From Thermodesulfovibrionales bacterium (lineage in GTDB: Bacteria; Nitrospirota; Thermodesulfovibrionia; Thermodesulfovibrionales; UBA6898), in assembly GCA_033853975.1 (NCBI GenBank), contig JAWOKY010000027.1:15444-79443 (forward strand): a DNA stretch of 64,000 nucleotides. Direction: 5' to 3'. The notes beneath the pieces were generated by a model. That model was not told the origin of the DNA and made no database searches. It saw nothing but the letters and a program-made list of their open reading frames with translations. Position numbers and translations under genes: made by a program. Positions 29,200 to 40,711 of this stretch are shown piece by piece (within the stretch, counting starts at the first letter, position 1; each line of letters starts with the position of its first letter).

Positions 29200-29616
29200 G
29201 TGCCGTTTGACGGCAGTGACAGGCGAAAGCATCCACGACGGCCGTATCTGAATAATATATATTTCTGTCTGAATCCGCATACTGGCAATGAAACCCTGCT
29301 CGGTGTAAGCACAAACATCTGCGATTCCGGGATCTGCATCTATACTTTCACCCAACTTGAGGTAGGACAGGACATATTTATAAGAAACGAACTTCCGGTG
29401 CCGTACCAAAAGGCCACGGTCCAATGGGTAAAGAAATACCATAATAATTTTTATAAAGTGGGCCTCATGTTCGGGAGCCGCATCCCTGCCGAAGATGAGG
29501 TCCCTCTGCGCACAAGCTACGGTGACACCAGGCAGACGGCTGAAGCTGCGATGTCCGTGGCCGAGCCGTCGCCCGAGATAATCCTCATCTCCAACCGGCG
29601 GGGCAGGCGTGACTGA
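29200..29616 (+). CDS. PilZ-domain protein
   Basis: GTG start. RRKHPRR ... TNICDSG (near-canonical RxxxR / [DN]x[SC]xxG). Strong promoter and SD. Confidence 0.7.
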   Translation: MPFDGSDRRKHPRRPYLNNIYFCLNPHTGNETLLGVSTNICDSGICIYTFTQLEVGQDIFIRNELPVPYQKATVQWVKKYHNNFYKVGLMFGSRIPAEDEVPLRTSYGDTRQTAEAAMSVAEPSPEIILISNRRGRRD

Positions 29617-29620
29617 CCTG

Positions 29621-31330
29621 TCAGTCTGAGTCGGCGAAGCGCACGAGAGTGCCCCTTTTCTGTGTGCCGTATCTGAAGATCGTGATGCCCTTGCACCCCA
29701 TTTCATAGGCCAGAAGGTAGGCTCTGGCAACGTCGTCCCTTGTAGCTCCCTTCGGCATGTTGATCGTCTTTGACACTGCGTTGTCGGTATACTCCTGAAA
29801 CCGCGCCTGCATTTCTATATGGTCCTTATATCTGATCTCATGGGCCGTCCTGAAGATGCTTCTTATCTCCCTGGGAACCTCCTTGATCCCGCGAAGATTG
29901 CCCTGTCTTATCACCTTTTCTTTTAGCTCTTCGGAATAAAACCCCATTTCATTTGCAGTATCGAAAAACCGCCTGTTGAGCTCGAAAAGCTCTGTTTCCA
30001 TAATCAAACGCTTGTATGCCAGGGCAAAGAGGGGCTCTATTCCGCTTGAGCAGCCGGCGATGATCGACAGCGTGCCCGTCGGGGCGATCGTCGTGGTAGT
30101 GGCATTTCTGACACGCGGCATCCCCGGGGCGTCATAAATGGAGCCGCTGAAATTCGGAAACACCCCCCTTCCCTTCGCGATCTCAACGGACTGTTCCCTC
30201 GCCCTGTCCCGAAAGAACTTCATGAGTTCTCCGGCAAGGTCGAAGGATTTCCTGCTGCCGTAAGGGACCCCGAGAGAAATCAGGAGATCGGCCCATCCCA
30301 TCAGACCCAGACCGATCTTCCTGTTGCCTTTGTGCATCGCCTCGATTGTGGGGATCGGATACCTGTTGGCGTCTATCGCGTCGTCGAGAAACCGTACCGC
30401 TGTCCCGATATCTCCGGCAAGCCTTTCATAATCGACTGAAGGAGCCGCGCCTTCCTTCACATACTTTGAGACGTTAATGGAGCCGAGCACGCAGGCCTCA
30501 TACGGAAGAAGCGGCTGCTCTCCGCATGGGTTCGTGGATTCCATTTCCCCCAGATTGGGAGTGGGGTTGCCTCGATTTATCACATCGATGTATACGACGC
30601 CAGGGTCGCCTGTTTCCCAGGCGCTCCTGACGATCTCGTCGAAGACAGTTTTAGCCTTTATCTTTTTGAAAGCCGCCTTCGTCCTTGGGTTGCGGAGTTC
30701 ATACTCGCCGTCTTTCTTGAGGGCATCCATGAACTCGTCAGTAACCGCAACGGATATATTGAAATTTTCGAGCTCGCCGGAACGCCTCTTTATCCTTATG
30801 AAGTCGAGGATGTCGGGATGGTCCACCCTGAGTATCCCCATGTTCGCCCCGCGCCGCGCCCCGCCCTGTTTTATCACCTCCGTTGCCGTATTGAAAATCC
30901 TCATGAAAGAGACAGGACCGCTTGCTATGCCGCCTGTGGACCTCACGACATCCGCCTTCGGTCTTAGCCTTGAAAAGGAAAAGCCGGTGCCGCCGCCGCT
31001 TTGGAGGATCATCGCAGCGCTCTTGAGCGAGCTGAAGATGCTGTCCATCGAGTCTTCTACAGGCAAAACGAAGCAGGCCGCGAGCTGGCCAAGCCGCTTG
31101 CCCGCATTCATCATCGCAGGGGAATTCGGGAGGAACCTGAGGTCCGTCATGAGATCAAGGAACCTCTCCGCCCAGTAGGCAGGCTCGCCCCCGTAAAGCC
31201 TCTCGGTCTCTGCAACGCTTTTTGCAACCCGGGAAAACATCTCCCCGGGAGTCTCGATCACCCTTCCCTGCTCGTCCTTAAGAAGGTATCTGGCCCGCAG
31301 GACGATCTTGGCGTTTTCGGTCAGGTCCAT
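29621..31330 (-). CDS. nrdJ: adenosylcobalamin-dependent (class II) ribonucleotide reductase, short form
   Basis: 569 aa. ENAKIVLRARYL N-terminus, FLPNSPAMMNAG, active-site NPCGEQPL, TIAPTGT, SKTIN.P. Confidence 0.9.
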   Translation of the reverse strand: MDLTENAKIVLRARYLLKDEQGRVIETPGEMFSRVAKSVAETERLYGGEPAYWAERFLDLMTDLRFLPNSPAMMNAGKRLGQLAACFVLPVEDSMDSIFSSLKSAAMILQSGGGTGFSFSRLRPKADVVRSTGGIASGPVSFMRIFNTATEVIKQGGARRGANMGILRVDHPDILDFIRIKRRSGELENFNISVAVTDEFMDALKKDGEYELRNPRTKAAFKKIKAKTVFDEIVRSAWETGDPGVVYIDVINRGNPTPNLGEMESTNPCGEQPLLPYEACVLGSINVSKYVKEGAAPSVDYERLAGDIGTAVRFLDDAIDANRYPIPTIEAMHKGNRKIGLGLMGWADLLISLGVPYGSRKSFDLAGELMKFFRDRAREQSVEIAKGRGVFPNFSGSIYDAPGMPRVRNATTTTIAPTGTLSIIAGCSSGIEPLFALAYKRLIMETELFELNRRFFDTANEMGFYSEELKEKVIRQGNLRGIKEVPREIRSIFRTAHEIRYKDHIEMQARFQEYTDNAVSKTINMPKGATRDDVARAYLLAYEMGCKGITIFRYGTQKRGTLVRFADSD

Positions 31331-31624
31331 GAAAAAAGTATATCAGATAAAGGCGGGGGCTCAAGGAGAAAGAGGCAGAGGGCAAAACCGCGGAGGCTTT
31401 GCTCAATCCTGTTCCACTCATCGCCTGTCCCTTGTCCCCGTAAGAAAACCACATTATCATAAAGGCCGCCAGGCCGACTCTTCCTTTTGACAAACCCCCG
31501 CTTTTCGATTAAGATTTGAAGAAAAATGAAGGGATTATCAGGCCGGCCATGAAGATCGTCACGGCGGGAGTCGCTGAAAATCGAACCTTTGCATAAAGAC
31601 TGAACACCCGGAGGAGAGGAAGAT

Positions 31625-32533
31625 ATGAAGGCAGGATTCGTAGGTCTTGGAAGGATGGGAGGGAACATGGTGACTCGCCTGGTAAAAGGCGGTCATGAGA
31701 TCGTCGCCTACGATCCGAGCGAGGCTGCGCGCCGGGAAGCTGAACAACACGGCGCCAAGACCTCCGACACCCTTCAGGGAATTGTCAGACATCTGACTCC
31801 TCCCCGCGTCATTTGGCTCATGGTACCCTCCGGACGTGCTACACAGGAGGTTATCGACAGTCTTCATCCTCTTCTTCAGAAGGGAGATACCCTGATAGAC
31901 GGCGGAAACTCCAATTACAAGGATTCGATTTCGAGGGCAGCATTGCTGAAGGAAAAGGATCTCTCTTTTCTCGATGCCGGCACGAGCGGCGGCATCTGGG
32001 GGCTCGAGGTCGGATACTGTCTCATGGTGGGCGGTGAGGCTCAGGCCTTTGCAAAGGCGGAACCGCTATTTAGCTGTCTTGCTCCCGAAAACGGCTATGC
32101 GCATGTCGGCCCAAGCGGCGCCGGCCACTTCGTTAAGATGGTCCATAACGGGATCGAGTACGCGATGCTTGAGGCCTACGCCGAAGGCTTCGAGATCATG
32201 AATGCAAAGAAGGAATTCGGACTCGACCTCGGAAGGATCTCGGAACTCTGGAACCACGGCAGCGTCGTCCGCTCGTGGCTGCTCGAACTTGCAGTGAGGG
32301 CCTTTCGTGAAGATCCGGAGCTCGCCTCGATCGCAGGCTACGTCGAGGATACCGGGGAAGGAAGGTGGACGGTGATAGACGCGATAGAAAGCGGTGTGCC
32401 TGTTCCGAACATCGCCCTTTCGCTTCTCCAGAGGTTCCGCTCGCGCCAGGATGAATCCTTCAGCTCCAAAGTGATCGCGGCGCTCCGCAACCAGTTTGGA
32501 GGCCACGCAGTAAAGAAGGAAGAGAAGGACTGA
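31625..32533 (+). CDS. gnd: 6-phosphogluconate dehydrogenase (decarboxylating), short Gnd-like form
   Basis: GFVGLGRMGGNM Rossmann motif, GGNSNYKD, GTSGGIWG, VKMVHNGIEY. GGAGGAGAGGA SD. Confidence 0.9.
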   Translation: MKAGFVGLGRMGGNMVTRLVKGGHEIVAYDPSEAARREAEQHGAKTSDTLQGIVRHLTPPRVIWLMVPSGRATQEVIDSLHPLLQKGDTLIDGGNSNYKDSISRAALLKEKDLSFLDAGTSGGIWGLEVGYCLMVGGEAQAFAKAEPLFSCLAPENGYAHVGPSGAGHFVKMVHNGIEYAMLEAYAEGFEIMNAKKEFGLDLGRISELWNHGSVVRSWLLELAVRAFREDPELASIAGYVEDTGEGRWTVIDAIESGVPVPNIALSLLQRFRSRQDESFSSKVIAALRNQFGGHAVKKEEKD

Positions 32534-32545
32534 GGGAGTCAGGCG

Positions 32546-33028
32546 ATGAAGATAGCTATCGGTTCTGACCACGGCGGCTTTCTCCTTAAACAGATCGTGG
32601 CAGTCCATCTGAGAGATCTCGGCCACGAGGTCATCGACGTGGGCGCCCACAGTCTCGATCCTCTGGATGATTACCCTCACTTCTCCGAGGCAGTCTCCCT
32701 TGCGGTAAGAAAGGGAGAGGCAAAAAGGGGGATACTCATCTGCGGCAGTGGTGTAGGCGCGTCAATTGCTGCAAACAAGTTTCCCGGCATACGCGCCGCG
32801 GTCTGCCATGACACCTTTTCGGCGCACCAGGGCGTTGAGGACGACGATATGAACGTCCTCTGCCTCGGGCAAAGGGTCGTCGGGGACGAGCTTGCAAAGG
32901 AGATCGCTGCCCGGTTCGTCTCCGCCCGTTTTTCAGGCGCAGAACGTCATGTGCGCAGGCTCGGGGAAGTGGATGAAATCGAGAGACGATTCATGCGAGC
33001 CGATGCACGAAGGGACACCCATGAATAG
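32546..33028 (+). CDS. rpiB: ribose-5-phosphate isomerase B
   Basis: MKIAIGSDHGGF..K and ILICGSGVGASIAANK motifs. Confidence 0.95.
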   Translation: MKIAIGSDHGGFLLKQIVAVHLRDLGHEVIDVGAHSLDPLDDYPHFSEAVSLAVRKGEAKRGILICGSGVGASIAANKFPGIRAAVCHDTFSAHQGVEDDDMNVLCLGQRVVGDELAKEIAARFVSARFSGAERHVRRLGEVDEIERRFMRADARRDTHE

Positions 33029-34568
33029 GGATACAAATGAAATAGATAGCCGTCTTCTTCAGACCTGCAACATCCCGACCGAGGCCTACGAGATAAGACC
33101 TTTTACGATGGTGATCTTCGGAGGCGCCGGCGACCTGAGCAGAAGAAAGTTGCTGCCATCTCTCTTCAACCTCTATATGGACAATCAGCTTGACGCCGGC
33201 TTTACGATCCTCGGTCTCGACAGGGTCGGCCTCGACGACAGGGGATACAGGTCATTCGTGGAAGAATCGCTCCAGACCTTTGCCCCCGAAATGTTCAACG
33301 CCGCCAGATGGGAGGATTTCAGCGGGCATCTCTTTTTCCTATCCGACACCTTTGAAAAAGACGAGGCATACGAAAGACTGCGGCAGAGACTGGAAGAGAT
33401 GGCGGTGCCGACTCAGGAGGGGGCCAGGGATGCAATCTTCTATATGGCTGTGCCGCCTTCGGTAATGCCGATGATCGTCGGAAAACTCAAGAATGCCAAC
33501 CTCTGCAAGGGAGCCTTTGAAACCAAGATCATCGTTGAAAAGCCCTTCGGACGAGACCGTGAATCAGCGGTACAGCTAAACAGGGTCCTGACGGACGCCT
33601 TCGACGAAAACCAGATCTATCGTATCGATCACTATCTCGCGAAGAACCCTGTCCAGAACATCATATTCTTCCGTTTCTGCAATACGATCTTCGAAGAGGT
33701 CTGGAACAGGCACAATGTGGACAACATACAGATCACGGTTAGCGAAGACATCGGCGTCGAGCACAGGGGCGCCTTTTACGAGCAGGCAGGTGTTGTCAGA
33801 GATATCCTCCAGAATCATATCATGCAGATCATCGGCCTTGTCGCCATGGAATCCCCCATCTCCTTCAGGGCCGATTATGTCAGGGACGAGAAACTGAAGG
33901 TGCTCCGTTCGGTGAGGCCGATGGACGACAAATTCATAGACGAATTTACGGTCCGCGGCCAGTACGGCCCCGGTACTGTCGGCGGCAAGGTTGTCCCGGG
34001 TTACAGGCACGAGGACAAAGTCTCCCCCTCCTCCGGTATCCCCACTTTCTTTGCCGGGAAATTCCATGTCGACACCCTTCGCTGGTCGGGTGTGCCTTTT
34101 TACGTCCGGACAGGCAAACGCATGCCAAAACGCGTGACAGAGATCTGCATCCAGTTCAAGCAGCTTCCACTGAGGCTCTTCGGCTGCACCTGCGACTACA
34201 TGGGGCCCAACATTCTCCTTTTGACGATCCAGCCAAATGAAAAGATAGCGCTCCGCTTCGGAGTGAAATATCCATACTCGAATAACCAGATATATTCCGT
34301 AAACATGGTCTTCAACTATAACGAGACGTTCAAGACGGCTTTCCCTCCGGCCTATGAAACCCTCCTTGCGGACTGCATGAAGGGCGATCTCACTCTTTTT
34401 GTGAGGGAAGACACCGTCGAGGAGATGTGGAGGATCGTTGACCAGATAACGTCCCGCTGGGAAAGTCTCCCTTCATCGGATTTTCCTAATTACGCAGCCG
34501 GCACATGGGGTCCGCCCGGGGCTGACCTTCTCCTTGCAAGGGAAGGAAGGACCTGGATCACCCGATAA
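33021..34568 (+). CDS. zwf: glucose-6-phosphate dehydrogenase
   Basis: ORF 32892 trimmed to ATG 33021 (8-nt overlap with rpiB; ATG 33003 is an alternative). IFGGAGDLSRRKL, RIDHYLAK and EKPFG motifs. Confidence 0.95.
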   Translation: MNRDTNEIDSRLLQTCNIPTEAYEIRPFTMVIFGGAGDLSRRKLLPSLFNLYMDNQLDAGFTILGLDRVGLDDRGYRSFVEESLQTFAPEMFNAARWEDFSGHLFFLSDTFEKDEAYERLRQRLEEMAVPTQEGARDAIFYMAVPPSVMPMIVGKLKNANLCKGAFETKIIVEKPFGRDRESAVQLNRVLTDAFDENQIYRIDHYLAKNPVQNIIFFRFCNTIFEEVWNRHNVDNIQITVSEDIGVEHRGAFYEQAGVVRDILQNHIMQIIGLVAMESPISFRADYVRDEKLKVLRSVRPMDDKFIDEFTVRGQYGPGTVGGKVVPGYRHEDKVSPSSGIPTFFAGKFHVDTLRWSGVPFYVRTGKRMPKRVTEICIQFKQLPLRLFGCTCDYMGPNILLLTIQPNEKIALRFGVKYPYSNNQIYSVNMVFNYNETFKTAFPPAYETLLADCMKGDLTLFVREDTVEEMWRIVDQITSRWESLPSSDFPNYAAGTWGPPGADLLLAREGRTWITR

Positions 34569-34574
34569 CCCGAA

Positions 34575-35309
34575 ATGCAAAGACGGACCGTCAGGATATT
34601 CGCTCAAAGGGGCGACATGCGCGACTTCATGCTGATGAGCTGGGTGGACATGATGAGGCGTGCAATTGAAAAGAAGGAATGTTTCAGCGCTGCGCTCTCG
34701 GGCGGAAAGACGCCGCGTGATTTCTTCCTCAGGCTGTCGCTTTTACAGGACAGGGAATACTGGGAGAAAACAAATATCTTCCTTGCAGACGAAAGGTGTG
34801 TGCCCCTCGACAGTCCCGACAGCAATTACGGCTTGATTCGTTCAAGCCTCCTCGGCAAGGTACCGATACCCGCAGAGAACATCCATCCCGTTCCTGTCGA
34901 TCCCGACGACCCCACTGCGTCGGCCGAAAAATATGAAGAGGAGCTGAGGTATTTCTTTCGGATTCAGGCAGGTGCATTCCCGGAGTTCGATTTGATCCAT
35001 CTTGGCATGGGAGAAGACGGCCACACCGCTTCTCTTTTTCCCGGAAGCAGCTCATTGAGGGAGACAGACCGGCTCTGTGCCCCGGTCATGATGGGCGGAG
35101 ATAAGCACAACCGCGTCACGCTGACGCTCCCTCTTATAAATAACGCGGCGAATGTCTTCATGCTCGTTACCGGAGGAGCAAAGGCGGCCGTAGTAAAAAG
35201 GGTCCTGGAGGACAAAGACGTCTCTCTTCCTGCCGCCCTCGTAAATCCCAAGGGAAACCTTTTTTATATCCTCGACAAAGAGGCGGCCTCGCAACTGAAG
35301 GGAGAATGA
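34575..35309 (+). CDS. pgl: 6-phosphogluconolactonase
   Basis: ALSGGKTP, FLADERCVP and HLGMGEDGHTASLFP motifs. Last gene of gnd-rpiB-zwf-pgl. Confidence 0.9.
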   Translation: MQRRTVRIFAQRGDMRDFMLMSWVDMMRRAIEKKECFSAALSGGKTPRDFFLRLSLLQDREYWEKTNIFLADERCVPLDSPDSNYGLIRSSLLGKVPIPAENIHPVPVDPDDPTASAEKYEEELRYFFRIQAGAFPEFDLIHLGMGEDGHTASLFPGSSSLRETDRLCAPVMMGGDKHNRVTLTLPLINNAANVFMLVTGGAKAAVVKRVLEDKDVSLPAALVNPKGNLFYILDKEAASQLKGE

Positions 35310-35387
35310 ATTCCCCTGCCCCTGTCAAATCATATCGGCAAAAAGGTCTTGATGGATTGGTCTGGCCGGCTTTGTCAAGGATAGGGT

Positions 35388-36251
35388 TCAGACAAACCTG
35401 TCGGCGGCAAGCAGGATTGTAACGAAGACCATGTAGATATTCATCCTTTTGAAGCCGGCAGATCCTCTTGCGACGCTTTCTCTTTTCCAAAGTGGCTTGG
35501 CGCCGCTCCATATGATCCACAGGGAAAGCCCCAGAACGGCAAGATTAGCCGTATTGTTTCGCGTAACGCCGGCAGCAGCCATCAGGATGCAGCTGACACC
35601 GGCAGCGCTCATCCATATAAAGTTGAGCCTCGACAGCTGGGACTGCCTGAAAACGCATGTCAAAGACGGCAGACCGGCCTTCTCATACTCTCCTGCGTGT
35701 TCCGCGGCCAAGAGCCAGAAGTGAGGAACCTGCCACATGAAGAAGAAAAAGCAGAAGAAAGCCATTTTGGGATCAAGAATGTCTCCTCCCGCAGAGACCC
35801 ATCCGATCGCAACCGGAAGCGCCCCGATAACCGCTCCGGGGATAGCCGCAAAGGCGGTCCTTCTTTTGAAATAAGTATAGAACCCGTTATACCACAGGAC
35901 CGCAAGCAGACCAAGCAGAAAGGGGGCAAGACCTCTGCTCAGTAGAAGGATCGATCCGGCAAGAAGCAGTGTCACGGAAAAAGCAAGGGCATCGCGCGGT
36001 CTTATCAGCCCGGAAGGAAGAGGCCTGCCGGCCGTACGCGCCATGAGCGCATCGATCCCTCTATCCTGGTACTGGTTGAGGCCGCATGCGCCGCAGGCCA
36101 GGAGGAAGACCCCCACGATCATAGTGATGATTTGCGGTCCCTTTCCCCCCGCCAAAAGAGAGGCTGCGCCTGCAGACAGAGTCGTTGAAGATGATATGAG
36201 TGGTTTGCAGAGACCTGCAAAAGGACGAATCTTTCCGGCAAGGCCCGTCAT
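35388..36251 (-). CDS. ctaB: protoheme IX farnesyltransferase (heme O synthase)
   Basis: UbiA-family membrane protein. NQYQDRGIDALMARTAGRPLPSG motif. 4-nt overlap with ctaC. Confidence 0.9.
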   Translation of the reverse strand: MTGLAGKIRPFAGLCKPLISSSTTLSAGAASLLAGGKGPQIITMIVGVFLLACGACGLNQYQDRGIDALMARTAGRPLPSGLIRPRDALAFSVTLLLAGSILLLSRGLAPFLLGLLAVLWYNGFYTYFKRRTAFAAIPGAVIGALPVAIGWVSAGGDILDPKMAFFCFFFFMWQVPHFWLLAAEHAGEYEKAGLPSLTCVFRQSQLSRLNFIWMSAAGVSCILMAAAGVTRNNTANLAVLGLSLWIIWSGAKPLWKRESVARGSAGFKRMNIYMVFVTILLAADRFV

Positions 36252-37147
36252 TTCAGCCTATCGAGGTATTCGACAATCTCGTCGAGCTCTTTCCCGGTGA
36301 CCGGCAAAGTCGGCATTATATTCGGATAGCCCTTCACCACATCTGCCCCTGGGTCGAGGACCGACCTCCTGATATACTCCTCGTCTGCACGGATCGTCCG
36401 TTCCTTTCCATTGGTGATAACTGTGACCATGCTGTCGTAGAGACCCTTGAACGTCGGTCCGACCTTCTTTGTGCCATCGGTCGTGTGGCAGCCGAGGCAT
36501 CCCTTCGACTGGAGGAGTTTCAGCCCTTCGGCGCCGGGGGCTGCGGCCTCAGCCTCGTACCAATTCTCGAAGTCCCCGACCTGCATGACATTAAGCGTTG
36601 AACGCATATGGGAATGTGCGAGTCCGCAATATTCAGTGCAGAAGATGTCATAAGTGCCAAGTTCGTTTGCCGTGAACCACATGTGGGTCTTCATACCCGG
36701 CACACAGTCCTCCTTCACGCGGTATGCAGGGATAAAGAAACTATGGATCACGTCGGCGGAAGTAAGAACAAGCTCAACCGGCCTTCCGACAGGGACGTTC
36801 AGCACATCGCTTTGTTTCCCGTTGGCGTATGTGAAGGCCCACGACCACTGTCTTCCGATCACACCGATCTCAATAGCATCCCTCGGCGGATTTCGTATGT
36901 ACCCGAAATTAACCCATCCAAAATAGAACATGCCCAGGACGAGTATCGTCGGAACAACCGTCCAGAGAATTTCCAGGGGCGTGTTTTCACGAATATCGCT
37001 TGGCACGGGGTTTTTCTTCCTGTTGTACCTGAACAGAAAAAAGATCATGGTGATCGTTACCGCAACAAGGAGAACAACGCAGGCAGCGGTGACAAAGATG
37101 AATGCCTCGTTGACTTTTGCCGCAATATTTGACGCCGCATGGAACAT
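36248..37147 (-). CDS. ctaC: cytochrome c oxidase subunit II with fused C-terminal cytochrome c (caa3 type)
   Basis: Two N-terminal TM helices, CuA site HSFFIP...CTEYCGLAHSHM, and a C-terminal CLGCH heme c motif with downstream Met. Confidence 0.9.
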   Translation of the reverse strand: MFHAASNIAAKVNEAFIFVTAACVVLLVAVTITMIFFLFRYNRKKNPVPSDIRENTPLEILWTVVPTILVLGMFYFGWVNFGYIRNPPRDAIEIGVIGRQWSWAFTYANGKQSDVLNVPVGRPVELVLTSADVIHSFFIPAYRVKEDCVPGMKTHMWFTANELGTYDIFCTEYCGLAHSHMRSTLNVMQVGDFENWYEAEAAAPGAEGLKLLQSKGCLGCHTTDGTKKVGPTFKGLYDSMVTVITNGKERTIRADEEYIRRSVLDPGADVVKGYPNIMPTLPVTGKELDEIVEYLDRLK

Positions 37148-37156
37148 GTCAGCCTC

Positions 37157-37453
37157 CTAACGGTACCATACGTCCGAGAAAGTAAGGGCGATGATGCAGG
37201 TCAGCGCGACGAGCGTCAGAAGAAGCATGCCCTTCAGAAACCGTCCCTCGTATCGCATGTGCATAAAAAAAGCGAGTACCAGGCCGGCCTTCACCGTAGC
37301 GATGAGGAGGTTTATAAGCACGCTGAAACTCGTAAAATTCATCCTTGCGACGTAAATGGTGGCCGCAAGGAGAAGAAGGAGGGCTATCCATACGTAGACA
37401 TAAGTGAAGTAGCTCTTGATATGAATCTCCGGGACCGCCGACTTTCCTTCCAT
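37157..37453 (-). CDS. cytochrome c oxidase subunit IV (prokaryotic COX4 family)
   Basis: 98 aa, three TM helices, AT.KAGLV...FMHM pattern. Positioned between subunits III and II. Confidence 0.7.
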   Translation of the reverse strand: MEGKSAVPEIHIKSYFTYVYVWIALLLLLAATIYVARMNFTSFSVLINLLIATVKAGLVLAFFMHMRYEGRFLKGMLLLTLVALTCIIALTFSDVWYR

Positions 37454-37462
37454 TCAGCTCTC

Positions 37463-38068
37463 CTATGTTATAAGGTAAAAAAGCGGGAAAAGATAGATCC
37501 ATACGATATCGACAAAATGCCAGTAAAGTCCGGTGTTCTCCATCTTCGAGTAATTTTCGCTGGTGATATCTCCCGTTGCCGTGAAATAGACCATGAACGA
37601 GATGACGATCATTCCTATGAACACGTGGAGCCCGTGAATGCCTGTCATGACATAGTAAAGCCCGAAGAATATGATCTCGCCGACGTCCATCCTGAGCAAA
37701 ACAGGGGAGTTCGGGTAGATACCCCGGCTTATCTTTTCTGACCACTCGAGATACTTTATGACGAGGAATATCCCTCCCATAAGCACCGTTGCCGCCTGAA
37801 GAAAAATGGAGAATCTGTATCTCCCCTTTCTCACCGCAAGAACCGCTACTGCCAGGGCAAGACTGCTCGTCAGGAGCACGGCGGTATTGATAGAGCCGTA
37901 AAGGAGATTTTCCTGAGACGCTCCCAGATGAAAATCATGAGGATATTTCGAGCGATATATTGAATAGAGGATAAACATCCCGCCGAAAAAAAGCATTTCC
38001 GTGAAGAGGAAAAACCACATGCCGTACTTCGCCTTCGTGTAATCTCTCTTTTCCTCAACCACTTGCAT
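37463..38068 (-). CDS. ctaE: cytochrome c oxidase subunit III
   Basis: 201 aa, five TM helices. YY.MTG.HGLHV..G and YWHFVD..W motifs. Confidence 0.9.
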   Translation of the reverse strand: MQVVEEKRDYTKAKYGMWFFLFTEMLFFGGMFILYSIYRSKYPHDFHLGASQENLLYGSINTAVLLTSSLALAVAVLAVRKGRYRFSIFLQAATVLMGGIFLVIKYLEWSEKISRGIYPNSPVLLRMDVGEIIFFGLYYVMTGIHGLHVFIGMIVISFMVYFTATGDITSENYSKMENTGLYWHFVDIVWIYLFPLFYLIT

Positions 38069-38071
38069 TCC

Positions 38072-39626
<1,555 letters not shown>

Positions 39627-39649
<23 letters not shown>

Positions 39650-40514
39650 GCTCGATCCTCCTTTTCCTCAGTTTTTCCTCATCTCTGAGGTAGAAAAAAA
39701 ACAAAACTACCATAAGAAGGGTCGCAAGACCTGTGATCTTCAGGATCGCGAAAAAGGCCCCCTGCTGCGAAGGTTCATGGGGGAAGCAGTACAGGGGCAC
39801 TGTAGCGCCAACTCTGCAGACATCGCCCCGCCGGGCCTCTGCAACCGCACGGGAAAGCTCGAAACTGGTGAAGGTTATCGGATAGGAAAGGCCGTAATCA
39901 TACTTCGAGACCTCCATGTATCTCGTGATCTTCCCGCCGGGTGCGAGAAAGATCAGAACCTCCGGGTGAACGAAGCTATGGCCCGACTTCATCACGCTGA
40001 TGCCGAGGGCCTCACAAAGCCTTCTCGTATTGTCGACGGTGCCGGTCAGGAACCTCCACGCATCCCCGGGAAAGGGTCTGTTGATTGCGTTGATATAGTT
40101 TCTCTTCACATTCGCCGCAATCTGAGGGGTGTCCCTCTCGTCGAAACTCACCGTGAGCACCCTGTAGTCATTTCCCGGAACAAGAGTCGTCATTTCACCA
40201 AGGGACATTGCAAGACCTGCAAGAAACTGGGGGCACATGCGGGAGCAGTTATAGTAGACTACCGTAAGAATAGTCGGCCTGTCGATCATGTCACGGAGGT
40301 TCACCACTTTACCCTGCTCATCATTGAAGGTAAGGTCCGGGGGAATCACATTCCCCGGTTTTTCCCATAGCCCAGCCTTTTTCATCCAGCTCACTCCAGC
40401 GGAGACCTCTCCGGCAGTAACAAGCAAAAACCCTATTACTATCAATACGTTCAGATTCACTGCCAGTATTTGCAGGACGGGTCGTTGAGGTTGCATTTGA
40501 GTAAACGTTATCAT
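39627..40514 (-). CDS. SCO/SenC-family copper chaperone with extra C-terminal TM segment
   Basis: N-terminal TM, thioredoxin-like domain with CSRMCP (CxxxC) and downstream His (SGHSFVHP), and a second TM near the C-terminus. First gene of the oxidase operon. Confidence 0.8.
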
Positions 40515-40711
40515 AAAAAAAGTGGGTTGAGAAGGGGTGAGATATTAGAGCGTACTCACCGTGAATCATATATTTTTTGCAGTTCCATATAAAGTTTATA
40601 CAGACCTAAAGCCCTGCAGCGGCATCCAGTCCTGGATTTTTCGTTGAAACTTCGGTTTTTCCCCGTTTTGAAGCAATTGGCATTTTCTTTGCTTGTCATA
40701 CATTATCACTG

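Noticed and set aside
29170-29730. 186-aa minus-strand ORF downstream of nrdJ, considered as a split NrdJ C-terminal (NrdJb-like) piece
   Set aside because: The sequence has no RNR-like or CxxC tail motif. It overlaps the PilZ gene at 29200-29616, which has a consensus promoter and SD.
31331-31624. Cobalamin riboswitch or NrdR operator upstream of nrdJ
   Set aside because: I read the minus strand by eye. There is no GCCACTG / B12-box-like core and no 16-bp NrdR-type palindrome (the ACATTATCAT segment is not palindromic). A cmscan would be needed to exclude it fully.
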